Assembly (NCBI GenBank): GCA_965603825.1
Contig: CBFDEM010000011.1
Location: forward strand, 1,116,704-1,180,703
DNA: 64,000 bases
Origin: Blepharisma stoltei ATCC 30299
Lineage: Eukaryota > Protista > Ciliophora
Direction of reading: 5' to 3'
The notes beneath the pieces were generated by a model, which was not told the origin of the DNA, did no database searches, and saw only the letters and a program-made list of their open reading frames with translations. Shown here piece by piece: positions 25,601 through 37,531 of the stretch. A program made the translations under genes and the position numbers. Position 1 is the first letter of the stretch, and each line of letters starts with the position of its first letter.

Positions 25601-26419
25601 CCTGATTTTGCTTGTAAGTAACACTTGATGCTGGAAACAACCTTATTTCCGCTTGAATCTGTAACAGTTGCCGTCACTGAAAATCCTGATCCTTTATAAA
25701 TAGTAGTCGGATAAGAGTTAAACGTTATAGATGACGGGGTTCCTGAAGATATTGTAAAAGAGCTGCTATAAGCGTCGCTCAGGCCTGAAGCGCTTGCCTT
25801 TAACACAAAAGTCCCAGCTCCGGTGACAGAACATGAGCTAAAAGTACTTACACCATTTGTAGCTGTCACTGAAACGCTTGACATTGTACCATAGCCACTT
25901 CCAGGTATCAGACTCAACGTAATTGAGCTAGCAAAGGACGTATCCACAGTATTTTTACCTATAGGAGGGTTCAAAACCTGGACTATTACATCGCTGGAAC
26001 AAGGGTCAGAAGCACTTGTAGGCTGAGCTGAAAAATAAAGCGTTTGAGAGGTGCCTGAAGTAATGTCAAAAGAGCTGCTGGACACAGAGCCGTAGCCTAT
26101 TGCAGAAGCTATAAGTTTGTATCCGGTTCCGGTCTAAATTAGATTTTACTGTTGTAATGTAAAGATTACTAAAGGTAGCAGTGCTTGAGCTCGATGAAAA
26201 GGTCACTGCAAGATTTCCATATAAAATGACGCTGCTTGATGCAGTTGAAGGATCCAAGCTCAAATAGACCGAAGCTGTGTCACTTTGAGATTTTGTGACT
26301 GTGACAGAAAATGTGGTATACGCCGTTGTCTACTTATAAAATACTGATGACGGAGTGCTAAATGACAAAGAAAGAGCCAATCCTCCTGGAACTAATAAGA
26401 TCCAAAGAAAAAGAAGCAT
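13657..26419 (-). CDS. Giant type I membrane protein (~4243 aa) with Ser/Thr-rich beta domains, many GCC2/GCC3 (ephrin-receptor-like) Cys repeats, one TM helix and a long cytoplasmic coiled coil
   Basis: Signal peptide from ATG 26419 (MLLFLWILLVPGGLA). Introns at 26330-26344 (15 nt) and 26134-26149 (16 nt). TGA=Trp at 24685 joins the 466-aa and 3665-aa ORFs. CPxGxYC repeats and TM WGIIAGIIVALIILIILIIGFL. Confidence 0.88.
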
Positions 26420-27240
26420 ATTTATTATAAACATTTCGAATGTGATAAGATTAAAATAATCAGATTAATTAACATTGATTTTAAATCAGAAATGATGAGA
26501 GGGAATATAAATTTTGAAAATAGAATTGGCTTGCTTCTGTTTCTGAAGATAAACGATATAGGGGCAATGATGAAATATTTTTCTTGATACTAATAAGATT
26601 TTTGTATGAAGATCTGAAATTGGAGAGGATTAGTGGCAAATAAGCAGAAGATTAGTTAAGCAGATTTAAAATTTTCAAGTACAAATTTGAAACTGTTGGA
26701 AATTTATAAAATGTTTTTATGAATTTTAATTAAATATTGAGATTTATAGAGTCAATTTTTGGGTAAAAAGAATTAGTCTGTTGAGTAATAAAATAATTGG
26801 GAGAATAATAGTGCAGGATTTTATTTAAATTGTAATAATTTATTGTCTTTTATATTATTTATTCGCAAATTTATAAGTTTTCCTCTTCAAATTTATAGTA
26901 AACAGTCCTTTAGTAATAATTTTAGTTGATATTGATTCAGAATATATGATTGATACGAAGATAAAGGATATAATAAAACTTTAATAAAAAGGGTTTCTTA
27001 TAAGAAGCTAGAAAATTAAGAGACTTATATAGCTATTTCAAGATAAATTAAATAGAATTATTTTTTAAATTAAAATTATTGTGATAATTGTTTATATAGC
27101 TTCATATTAGCTATTTAAAAGAAAAAAGTGATATTCCATAAGATAATTTTAAGCTGAAATATATAATTTTATTCTATATAAGCTCCTTATATTTATATAT
27201 TTAAAAATACAAAAATTAAAACTATGAATCCGAATAAAAT

Positions 27241-27978
27241 ATGGGAAATTGCTGCAATGGAGGAGTTGACAGTGCTCAACCAATCTCCAAAAACGAGCCA
27301 AAAATCACAGAAACCCTTCCTCGAGAAGAACAAATCATCATAGAAAACGAAAAAAAATTAGAATTCAGCAAACTCAACAGCAAAGACATCATAAAATCCC
27401 TAAAATCCGAAGGATCTCAAAATTGTTTAAGCATGCCTCAGCTAAAGCGAGCCTTTTTTGATCTCCAACTATCAGAAACTGACTTATCCTCCCCTGATTC
27501 CGCCTTTTATAAAATCCTAGCCAAGCTAAAAAACGATAAAAAACTTTATGAAATACGTAAACTTGTATTGCTTGCCTTACTAGTAGGTAAAGGAGCACCT
27601 CAAGATAAAGCAGTTTGGCTGTTTAAACAGTATGATTTAGACGCATCTGGGGTTATAGATGCAGAAGAAGTTGAAACTATGCTAAATGAGATGATAGATC
27701 TTGCTGTAAATATTTTGCCATTATCGGCAAGAGGGGATGAGGAAGGTTGTCTGACAAAAGAAGAGGAAGATACATATAAGAGTATGCTGCTGGCTGGACA
27801 ACAAAGTATGGTTCAAGAAGTTATGAAGCTATTGCTGAATCAGAATGAGATTGGAGAAACAGAATTTGTGGCGAAAATATGCGACCCAAGCCAGCAACTG
27901 AATAAGTTGCTTTGGAGCTATGGGGTTAGGCTGCTTTTGAAAAATTATGGAAATCATAACAATATTGAATCTCATTAA
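27241..27978 (+). CDS. Putatively N-myristoylated/palmitoylated EF-hand protein
   Basis: Starts MGNCC. EF loop DLDASGVIDAEE. Paralog of 28448-29227. Confidence 0.8.
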   Translation: MGNCCNGGVDSAQPISKNEPKITETLPREEQIIIENEKKLEFSKLNSKDIIKSLKSEGSQNCLSMPQLKRAFFDLQLSETDLSSPDSAFYKILAKLKNDKKLYEIRKLVLLALLVGKGAPQDKAVWLFKQYDLDASGVIDAEEVETMLNEMIDLAVNILPLSARGDEEGCLTKEEEDTYKSMLLAGQQSMVQEVMKLLLNQNEIGETEFVAKICDPSQQLNKLLWSYGVRLLLKNYGNHNNIESH

Positions 27979-28447
27979 ATCGCCTATGTTTTTACTAAGA
28001 AAACCTCTTTATATATATAAATTAAGTTTTCGCCATATCAATAGGCTATTTATACAATTAAGCCTAGCATAATAGTTAGCTTATATATTTTATTGAATAA
28101 ATTTTTCATATACTAAAAACCTTGCACATAACTAGATCTTACTCCATTCGAAATTGACAAAAAAAGCCCAAAAGGGAAATTTTTTTACACTATTTTAAAT
28201 TATTATTACGAAGACTCATTCAATAAGTCCATCAATTCAAATTCCAGACTGTTTAAGTAGCATTTCCTCTATTAAATTGGTCAAAGCTGTTTAGATTTTT
28301 TTCATTGATAATTAAAAATTAAATTTGAAAGTGTTAAATTTCCTTATATTAAAATTAATTACCCATTAAGCATCCTTCCAAAATCAGCTAAATAAAATAT
28401 CATTTATATTTAATGGAATTTGAATAAGTAATAAGCAGTCAATAAAA

Positions 28448-29227
28448 ATGGGAGCGTGTTGCGAAGGAAGAGATGTTTCAAGCCAAGAAGCAAGGAATGA
28501 GGTTGTTCATATTGGAAACACTGGAAGAGGGGCAAGCTTCAATCTTAAGGTAGCTGACAAGTCAAAGGTTCCTGATGCCCCTCCACGAGAAGAAGAAGTC
28601 ATTGCAAGCAGCGAGAAAAAGCTAGAATTTTCAAAATTGAACAGCAAAGATATCATCAATGCCTTTACTGCAGAAGGCATGGAAGGGGTATTAAGCAGGC
28701 CACAACTAAAGCGCGCCTTTCTTAGCCTTGGATTGCCTGAAAATGACCTAACGTCTCCAGATGCGCCTTTTTACCAAATTTTAGCAAAAATAAAAAATGA
28801 GAAAAAGCTGTATGATATTAGAAAAGTGGCTCTTTTAGGATTGCTATTAGGAAAAGGCTCAAACATAGATAAAGCACGCTTACTGTTTAAGCAATACGAT
28901 TCAGGAAGCTTAGGAAGCCTAGATACAGGAAAAGTCGAATTAATGGTCAACGAAATCATTGATTTATCAGTCAATATTATCCCTGATATTGCTATAGGAG
29001 AAGGCGCTGGATATTTGACGAGAGAGGAAGAAGACGCATATGAAGACCGCTTGCGTGCTCGACAGCAAAACACATTTAATGAGGTCAAAAGGATTCTTAT
29101 TAGTGAAGGCCAATTGAGTGAGTCTGATTTTATAGTCAAAATGTCTGATTCTAAGCTGCCACTTTATAAGTTGCTATCAAGTGTAGGGACAAGAGCACTT
29201 ATCAGATCTCTATCTAATACCAACTAA
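28448..29227 (+). CDS. Putatively N-myristoylated/palmitoylated EF-hand-like protein (tandem paralog)
   Basis: Starts MGACC. Shares EKKLEFSKLNSKDII, PQLKRAF and LFKQYD with the upstream gene. The EF loop is degenerate (DSGSLGSLDTGK). Confidence 0.8.
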   Translation: MGACCEGRDVSSQEARNEVVHIGNTGRGASFNLKVADKSKVPDAPPREEEVIASSEKKLEFSKLNSKDIINAFTAEGMEGVLSRPQLKRAFLSLGLPENDLTSPDAPFYQILAKIKNEKKLYDIRKVALLGLLLGKGSNIDKARLLFKQYDSGSLGSLDTGKVELMVNEIIDLSVNIIPDIAIGEGAGYLTREEEDAYEDRLRARQQNTFNEVKRILISEGQLSESDFIVKMSDSKLPLYKLLSSVGTRALIRSLSNTN

Positions 29228-29302
29228 ATATTTTTCAAATCATTTGAATTTACTTACTAATTAATCTGTAATTAATATATCGTCCATATTATGCTATGTG
29301 TA

Positions 29303-30337
29303 TTACATAATTTGGCATTTCGCGCACGTTCCTCGTCTCCCTGTTAACCCTGCCTCATTTTCTTTTTCTTTAGTCTCATCTTTTTTCGACTGCTGATTTG
29401 GCACTGCATCTTTCATATCATTACTGGGTATCCCTACAATTAACCCTGACTCAAAAACCACAGCTTCTTCATCTGAGCTTGAACTTTCAGATTCTACCGT
29501 TGAATCTTTTGGATCTACAATATTGCCTCTAGCTTCTTCTAAAAAGGTGTGGACAGGTGAAAAACTTTCTTTATATTCTCCATCTATATGGACGATTCCT
29601 GGAATAGTATATCTCCTAGGCTTTTTTCTCGATTTTTCTATATCTAGTTCTTCTTCTTCGTCAAGCTTTTTTTCTTCAGATTTTTCTAAATAATTTTCAT
29701 CAACTTTTACTATGTGCCCTAACTCTGCATGGTGCTCATCTATAAATTCTGGCTTTTCAAAAGCCTCAACTGGCTTAATTTCTTCATCGGATAGCTCACT
29801 AGCTTGGATTATTTGGAGGAAACTGCTTTTATAGTCAGATTGAAAAGTGCTGATATTGGTTGTTGAAGGGACAATTTCGGTACTTCCAAAAGCCCGTTTG
29901 TGCCTTTGTAGCTGAAATAAATCGACACTTACGCAGATTTTAGCAGCTTTGTCAGGAGATTTTGCAAGAACTAGCTCGAATTTAGTAAACGGCTCAAGTG
30001 TGCTAGCGATTTGTGAAAATTCTAAAGCAGCTTCTCCAAGCTTCTTTGTGGATTTCCCTCTGATTTCTAAGACTTGGAAACTCACATGCTTTTTCACCCA
30101 GTTTTTGCCTCGTTTTATCATATGGACGATGAAGGAAATGGGGTACTCTAGAATTACTTCGCCATTTAATGAGTTATATGGCATTGGCTGAGTTTCTTGC
30201 TTTTGCTTGCCCCTTTTCACTAAGATTTTTATCAGGCCTGTTTCCCCATATTGCGCTTTGACATAATGAACTTGGATATCAAGATTAAATTTGTGCTTTT
30301 TAGGAACAATTCTCTCAAATGTTTCTCTTAGAGACAT
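29303..30337 (-). CDS. NT-C2 (EEIG1/EHBP1-type) domain protein with C-terminal CaaX
   Basis: N-terminal basic beta-rich C2-like domain (KKHKFNLDIQV...KKLGEAALEFS). Ends CQIM. Confidence 0.7.
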   Translation of the reverse strand: MSLRETFERIVPKKHKFNLDIQVHYVKAQYGETGLIKILVKRGKQKQETQPMPYNSLNGEVILEYPISFIVHMIKRGKNWVKKHVSFQVLEIRGKSTKKLGEAALEFSQIASTLEPFTKFELVLAKSPDKAAKICVSVDLFQLQRHKRAFGSTEIVPSTTNISTFQSDYKSSFLQIIQASELSDEEIKPVEAFEKPEFIDEHHAELGHIVKVDENYLEKSEEKKLDEEEELDIEKSRKKPRRYTIPGIVHIDGEYKESFSPVHTFLEEARGNIVDPKDSTVESESSSSDEEAVVFESGLIVGIPSNDMKDAVPNQQSKKDETKEKENEAGLTGRRGTCAKCQIM

Positions 30338-30629
30338 TTTGATTTAGAATTATTTTCAACTAAATGCTAAAATAATTTGTATTATTAGCAATAAATAAAA
30401 CAGCAATAGCATTTTTATACGAATTATTTTCCTTTACACAGCAAATCAATTTTTATCGCGTTGTTTTTTTATATAAAAAAATCTTTATATCATTTTAATC
30501 TTATATATGTAGACAAAATCGCATTAGTGAAAAAATCAATACTTTGCCTATTTGAAAATTATTCTGTGGATTTTTATAACCAAATTCTGTATTTTTGTCT
30601 CATGCGTTTTCTCATTATCTTAATATTAG

Positions 30630-31685
30630 ATGGACTATTTAATCGATACCAATCGCGGATCTCTACGGTCAATTTTTTCAAAACACTCAACTAGTCATGA
30701 CAACCCAGTGATTACATATAACGAGCTTTTCAAGTTTTGCACTGCTGTAAGGATATTCCCTGATTTATTATCCTCATTTGAGATTAAGCGGCTGGTCATG
30801 AAATCCTCCAATTCTCATGGAAACTCAGACAAGCGAATTGAACTCAGTTATTTGCAGTTCGAAAAGCTTTTAAAATCAATAGCAAACCATTGCTTTACAT
30901 CTGGATCAGATGGAGAAAAGCTTAAGTTGCTATTTGCCCATATCAAAAATTCCTGCAAACTCAACTATCATGTAGACTTAAATATTGCAGTGGATAGTTC
31001 GTGCTTAATTGAAGAAAATTCTTTATCCAACTCTAATTTGAACTCGTCTAATGAAAGATCACAAAAGCAGAGAGAAACTTTAAGAAAATCTTCCTCAGGG
31101 CCTAAGATGAAAAGTAAATTTTAAGCAGAAAATGTGATTAAAAAAAGTCTCACAAAATGCGCATCTCTAAAGCTACCCTCTGCAGACCAGCCAGGCAACC
31201 GAACACGAATCGTTTCTCCTAGAATCATGAACCCAACCCCAAGAGTTGTAAATAAAAAAGTAAAGCAGCTCTATCAAGCAATTTCTCCAAGGCACCTCTC
31301 AGCTAGAAAGCTAGCATCAAGATCTCCAGATTCCAAGCATGAAATAAGCAGCTCTATTGACCAGCATTCGACTAGACTTAGCAAACCATTGGAAATTCCT
31401 AAACTGGGTAGTCCTCTTTCATCAAGCCAATTTGTTATATCAAATTTGCCTACTGTTAAAAATAGCACTCATAATAAATTAAGCAAAGTTAAAAGTGCAT
31501 TTGATGATTTTAGGAAAAAACACAAAGAAATAGTAGCAAAAAAGCCAGCAGGGATAAGCCCAAAGATGCTTAGGTTTATTAAAAGTTCACATAAAAATAG
31601 GTTTGAAAATGTAAAAGTTATGTAGAAATTTGTGACAAAGCTGTTTTTCGAGCTATGGAGGGTTAAGACGATTTATAGTGCCTAG
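30630..31685 (+). CDS. Hypothetical protein with two 15-nt introns (31114-31128, 31611-31625)
   Basis: Removing GTAAATTTTAAGCAG and GTAAAAGTTATGTAG joins ORFs 30630 and 31134 and extends the frame to TAG at 31685. Confidence 0.75.
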
Positions 31686-31739
31686 TATTATAATGATTAG
31701 AATAATTTAATTAGATAGAGATCGGAAATATTAAAATAA

Positions 31740-33287
31740 TTAATCACTTGTGACTGATTTATTCACAGCATGGCTAAATACAGCAAGTTTGGCCTTTATT
31801 GACCCCACAAGTAAATTATCGATATTTTCTTGCTGAGCAAGAGCTTTAATATTCATCGGATTCGTAGAAGATACCAAATGCTCTTTCAAAATTGCTTGTT
31901 TTTCAAGCTTCGAAACTTTTTCTGATATGATTTTCACTTTTTCTGTGTCTGAAACACTCATACTGAGCACATCGTCTCAGTTTGCCTTTATTTCTTCAAC
32001 AGGCATATTTTTTTCGTTTTCTTCTCTTAATTTTCTTTTTTCTTCTAAATAATTAATTTTTTTAGCAACTTTTGGAGTTTCCACAGTCTTTGACTGTGAC
32101 TGTATTTTTCTCGGCTTTATTTTCTTTTTCTCTAACTCTACAAACGACTCAGATCTCTGATTGATTTCTGACAAAATTCTATGATGCCTTGCTGGGTTTT
32201 TCATTTTTTCCAGCCTTTCCTGTAGCTCTAGCTGCTTTGTTTTATCGACTGTCGGCATAAACATTTCTTTAATCAACTCTGCATACCTCAATCTTTTTTC
32301 AATTTTTTGTAGCCTTTCTATATTTGCTGCATTTTGGGCTTCTTTTAGCTGTTTTTCCTGCTCAAGAATTTTCGCATTCCACGTGCATGATGAGCTTCTT
32401 ACTTTATTTTCGATTTTTCTTGAATTTAAGGCTTCTTCGTTTCTTTTTGTATGCTCATCTCTCAGTACATCGTATCATTTCATATGCTCAATTATTTTTT
32501 CCTGATTTATTGATCGGTTTACAAGTTTCCGCTTGGCAAGCTCACTTTTTCGTTTTTCAAGCTCTGGGAGTTCGTATTCGCATTTAAATTTTTCTTCGAG
32601 TTTTACGTAGAGAGGCTTGACACCTTTGATTGATTCGTAGTCATTATTTCTGCGGCGAATTTCGTCAATTTCTTGTTGACGCTTTGCTTTGAGTTCTTTC
32701 ATTTTTTCGAGTTTTTCGTAGTATTCTTGTTCTTTTTTGGCTTTGAGCTCTTCCATTTCTTGCTTTTTGGCTTCACTTTCTTCTTCGAGAATCATCATAA
32801 GTTTTGATTGCTCTTGCTGCTTTTTTTTGGCTCGTTCTTTTTGCTCTTTGTAATAGGCCTTTATTTTTTGGGCAGCTTCTTCAGCTTTTTTTCTTTCGTT
32901 TTCGAGATACTCTTGCCGAGTTCTAGCATTTTGAAGGTTCGGCTTATTAAGCTTGTTTTCGTTCTGAATAGAACCTATATTATCAAGTGTGCTTATGGAC
33001 TCTTCGATGCTTGACAACTTAGCTTCTAATAATTCTTTTTGCTTTTTTATTTCTTTCAGTTTCGCTTGTCTTACGTTTTCGTCAACATTACTCGAATTTA
33101 TCTTGCTAAGAAGATTATTGATAACTGTTTGGAGATCATCTGGGGATTTGGAAAAAGGGATCGAGGCTTGTTTTATGTGGGAAATTATTTTTAATGCTGA
33201 TGAAGAGAGCGAGCCTTGAACAGATTCCTGAGTCTTGGCTTTGGATTTGATAGAAGACAGGATATTAGACAAGTAATTTGTAACCAT
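31740..33287 (-). CDS. Coiled-coil protein (~515 aa)
   Basis: Three track ORFs lie in one frame via TGA=Trp at 32475 and 31977. E/K/Q-rich heptads. Confidence 0.78.
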
Positions 33288-33452
33288 AGTTAAGAATAAT
33301 TATTTATAAGCGTTATAATGAGGTAGCTGTTGCATGCTATATAGAGAAAAATTACATTGTAAGCAGGCTTTTAATAAAAATTCAATAATCCCTAGCTATT
33401 AAAAAGTATATAAAACTATGCCAAAACCTATATGAAATATTAGTTATTTGTC

Positions 33453-34955
33453 TTAAGAAGAAGAAGCAGCTACTACAATCATGTTTACTAGCACATAAAG
33501 CATGATTAAACTATTAAACCCTACAATCGCTAGTGAAATTCTCTAAATAGCTCTTACCCTTGACGAAAATTTCACATCATACGGTGAAGGTGTTTCCACC
33601 ATCTCCCTTGCCGCTATATGCATAAGTGGTATCGCAATTGGTACTAAAATAAACCCAAACAGTCCAACCCAGTTCAAAATAATGCTCTACATAGCTCTTA
33701 CCAAATCATACACAAAAAATGCAATTGAGAATGGCAAAACTACACACAAAAATCTACAAATAGCTACAGTTTTAAAAGGCAAGTTCTTGGTCTCTCCAAT
33801 GCCATAACGCATAGTAAGCACATTATCAGATAATGGAATCGCCATAAGTGGGAAGCTTGAAAACACATCAAAAGCAGGGAAAAGCACTATAATATACGCT
33901 ATTATATAAGTCCACCATGGTCTATCACTTTGTGAGTACCCAGCTGAGTACTCTCTAAATGATATATTAACTTCTCCTTTTACATCATGAATAGCCATCG
34001 GGACAATGATCCCTAACATCGCATATAATGTGAACGACGTCGCTGCTACCATGATGATAATTCTTTTCAAGTTTTTTACCCTGCTTCTCACGAATTCCGC
34101 AATGCTTGGGAACTGGATTTGGTATACAAAGGCAAAAAGAATAATAGAAGCCATACTAGACAAATGAGTCCACACAGCCAAAGGCGGGTCGTCAAAAGAT
34201 TCATGAACATCATGGTCGACTTGCTTTTGCTGAATTAAAAGAGCTATTGACGTTATAAGGACTAGACCAATAATAATAAACCTCATAATTGTCAACACAC
34301 TTTGCACCCACCGCTGCTCTTTCATGCCTTTAATAGTCAAATAAGTCATAAAAACAGCATAAATAATTAGAAATATCCAATAATTCTCATAGCAGGAATC
34401 AGAATAGCTTGAGGTTTCATAAATATCACACTTCTTAGCCCATGGAAGCGGGATATTTGAAGCAAAAGAGCTCGCAAAAATAGAGACGTAGCCTAATTGT
34501 GCACCTTGGAAGTAGAAACTTAAGATTATAATATAAAAAGTCGCCCATTTCTGGCCAAATAAAATTCGGATATTTTCTGTGACGTCGAACCTTCGACTTG
34601 TGATAATTGGACGTGGGGTGCGCTCTTTTTCTAATAAATCTTCGCCTGCTTTTTGGCCTGTGAGAATTTGTCGCCATGTAGGTGGTTTTACCTTTTTTCC
34701 TTCTTCTCGAAGCCGAACTATGACTTCTGTTCGGCTCATTACTTCAAGGAGCTGCCGAGCTAGATAGTAACTCTGATACGCTGTGAAAATCATGTAAAAG
34801 AAAGAAATCAACCACCCACTTGTCTTAAATGCATGTGGAAGAGCCAAGAAACCAGCTCCAACAACGATGTTAACTGAAAAGAAATAGCCAGTCGACAATC
34901 CAAATTTATCTGGATTGACAGAAGACGGCTCTATTGAGAAATCCATGATGGACAT
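33453..34955 (-). CDS. Amino-acid transporter (Aa_trans/TMEM104-like), 15-nt introns at 33687-33701 and 33543-33557
   Basis: NIVVGAGFLALPHAF TM1 motif and many hydrophobic helices. Splicing adds further TM segments up to TAA at 33453. Confidence 0.88.
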
Positions 34956-35427
34956 TTTTTAATTCACCAAGCTATTTAACAAATTTGTAAATGGGTTCTT
35001 ATTAATTAAAACGTTCTCCATAGTAAATTGTTGTAAAAAGGGGAATATGGAAAGAAATCATATAAATTTTGACTGAAAATTGGTAGTTAAGTATCTAAGG
35101 ATTGATGAGAAAAAAAAAGAGGAAAAATAGCTGTATTATAAATATCATCTGTGGAAAAAAATAGCGTAGACTAAGAAGATTTAGGATAGTAAAAACATTA
35201 TTATATAATCTATGATAATAAATTATGATGCTTTAAAGGCTAAGACCTATAGTATCATATAAATCTCCTATAAATAGAATAACTGATTTTTTAATATTTT
35301 TATTATCTCTTGATTTGTACACCATATAGCCATCTCCTTATGAATTTTCTATTAAAATCCGCTTCATTATAGTAATCTTTATATCTCTATTTTTCTTTCT
35401 AATATTTTTATAATCAAAAAATAAGAA

Positions 35428-37467
35428 ATGTCATGCCCTTGCTTCATTTGTAAAACTCATGAGCCAGTGCCAACTCACACACACTTTGTCAAGTCAAAGT
35501 TTACCTCAGAAAACTCTTATGGTTTGGTGTCAATCAGCAATGTAAGCTCATCTCCTTCATCTGCATTAAAATTCAAAATTAATAAGACTCAGGCTGCGTT
35601 GGATATGAATTTTTCAGCTATTTTGCCTACTTGGATTATTGAAGACGTTCTTTTTATTGAAGCTTATGAAGGTTCTATTTCTGATTCTCTAATAGGCACT
35701 GGAAGTATTCCATTAGCATACCAAGCATTTGACGATTCACTAGTAGAAGTAAATTTGGACTCTTTTATTGATGAACCTATTACTGTGTCTTTTAAACTGA
35801 GTTTTGAAAGTAAATGCAAAAATATCGAAAACCCTTCTTATATGATTTTTCGCAAAACCTCAAGACTCGACCCCAGCTATAAATATACACTAGAAATAAT
35901 AAACGGTGAAAAAACAGACGAAATTCGTATAAAAGATGAGTCACAAGGCTATAAAGATGAAGTTTGGCACCATATATCCACTATTGAGTCCTTTGAAGTC
36001 ATGAATCTTAATTTCAAAATGACAAATCTTAATGGGACAGGAAAAGCTAGGAACTTTGAAAGCTCTACAACAATCCAAAAGAAAAATTTTAAAAACGTTC
36101 CTTACTTTTTTACCTTGAGGTCTCCTACAGTACAGTTTTCTTCATTCCTTACTTTTTATTTGGTGCCTTTTAATTCCCAGTTTATCACATGCCCAACAGG
36201 TTCGTTTGAGATCAAGTTTTTGCCTCAGTCTAATAGGTGAATTAGTGATTTTATAGCAGAAAGAGGCTATTTTCAGTTTCAATTGATGACTTTGCTTGTG
36301 CAGCATCAGGTTAAAGGAGAAATTCAGGTTGAGGAGCTTTCACAGATTTTGGAGCATCAGGAATATGCTTTTAAGTTTGATACTAGAGATATCAATGACA
36401 AGCTTGTGGTGAAATTGTTTTCGTATAAGGAAAATCAAGAAGTCGCATCCCTTTGCTATGTAGGAATGATTAAATTTAAAGAAACTCCAGGCTTCAAATA
36501 TAGACAAGACTACCAATGCATAGTCCAATTCGGCCCATTCACATTAGACGTCACTCTATCCAGCGAAGAGTCCAAAATTGAAGAAAACCCTCAGAAATTC
36601 GAAACTTCTGTTTCAGAATTCAAAGACCCAGAGCCTGCCAATTTAACCTATAAAGACAGAACTTTTTTCAATGTCCTTGACCTAATGGAATTCAAAATCC
36701 ATCAAATTTCAAAAAGAAATAGCTTGACTACCACCCATATAAATAAACTTAAAACCCGAAATGAGCTCCTCCGCAAGCAAATTTTTGATTTAGAGCACTC
36801 TCACCCTATAACAGAATTTGATAATATTGTGCAGCAGTCTGCTCTGAAGCCTAAAAAAATGTCAAATTCTCAGTCTATAAGTCAAATTTTGCCTGGAAAT
36901 AGCATCAAACCTTTAGAAGAAACAGCTGCACCTAAATATCAAATTTGTTCATGTGGGAATCGAAATCCAAAATTTAAAGGATATTGTGAAAATTGTGTGA
37001 AAACTTTAAAAGATCAGTATGAAAGAGTACTAAAATGATATACTCCCATAAAGAACAAATTTGATGAACTTGAGAGAAAATACACTGGGATTAATGCAAG
37101 AAAAATATTATTTGAAGGGAAAATAATAAAACTGCAAGAAAAATTGAAAAAACCGGTAGATATTGAAGAAGGGGATACTGAAGAAGTCAAACAAATGATG
37201 GTCCAGCTGACTGAGCTACAAAATGAGGTAGAAAACATGCAAGAAGAAGCCAGAAGGAAAACTGAAATAATTGAAACACAGAAGAACGATATACAAGTCA
37301 ATTTAAGTGAAAAAGAAAAAGAGGAAGGAAAATTGCAGAAGAAACTGAGGGAAAGCGAAGAAAAAGCTGAAATAATAGCGCAGGAAATTGATGAGACTAA
37401 TAAAAGAATGGTGGATAAAAAGGTGTTTAATGACAAGTATAGAGGAAAATATTTGCCGACTGCGTAG
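35428..37467 (+). CDS. Hypothetical protein (~679 aa) with a beta-rich (C2-like) N-terminus, a small Cys cluster and a C-terminal coiled coil
   Basis: Three ORFs in one frame via TGA=Trp at 36238 and 37036. ICSCG...GYCENC motif. Confidence 0.72.
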
Positions 37468-37531
37468 AATTATTTAAATTAAAAGATTTTTATTGAAATA
37501 TTATATAATTATGCAGTAGATAATTATATAT

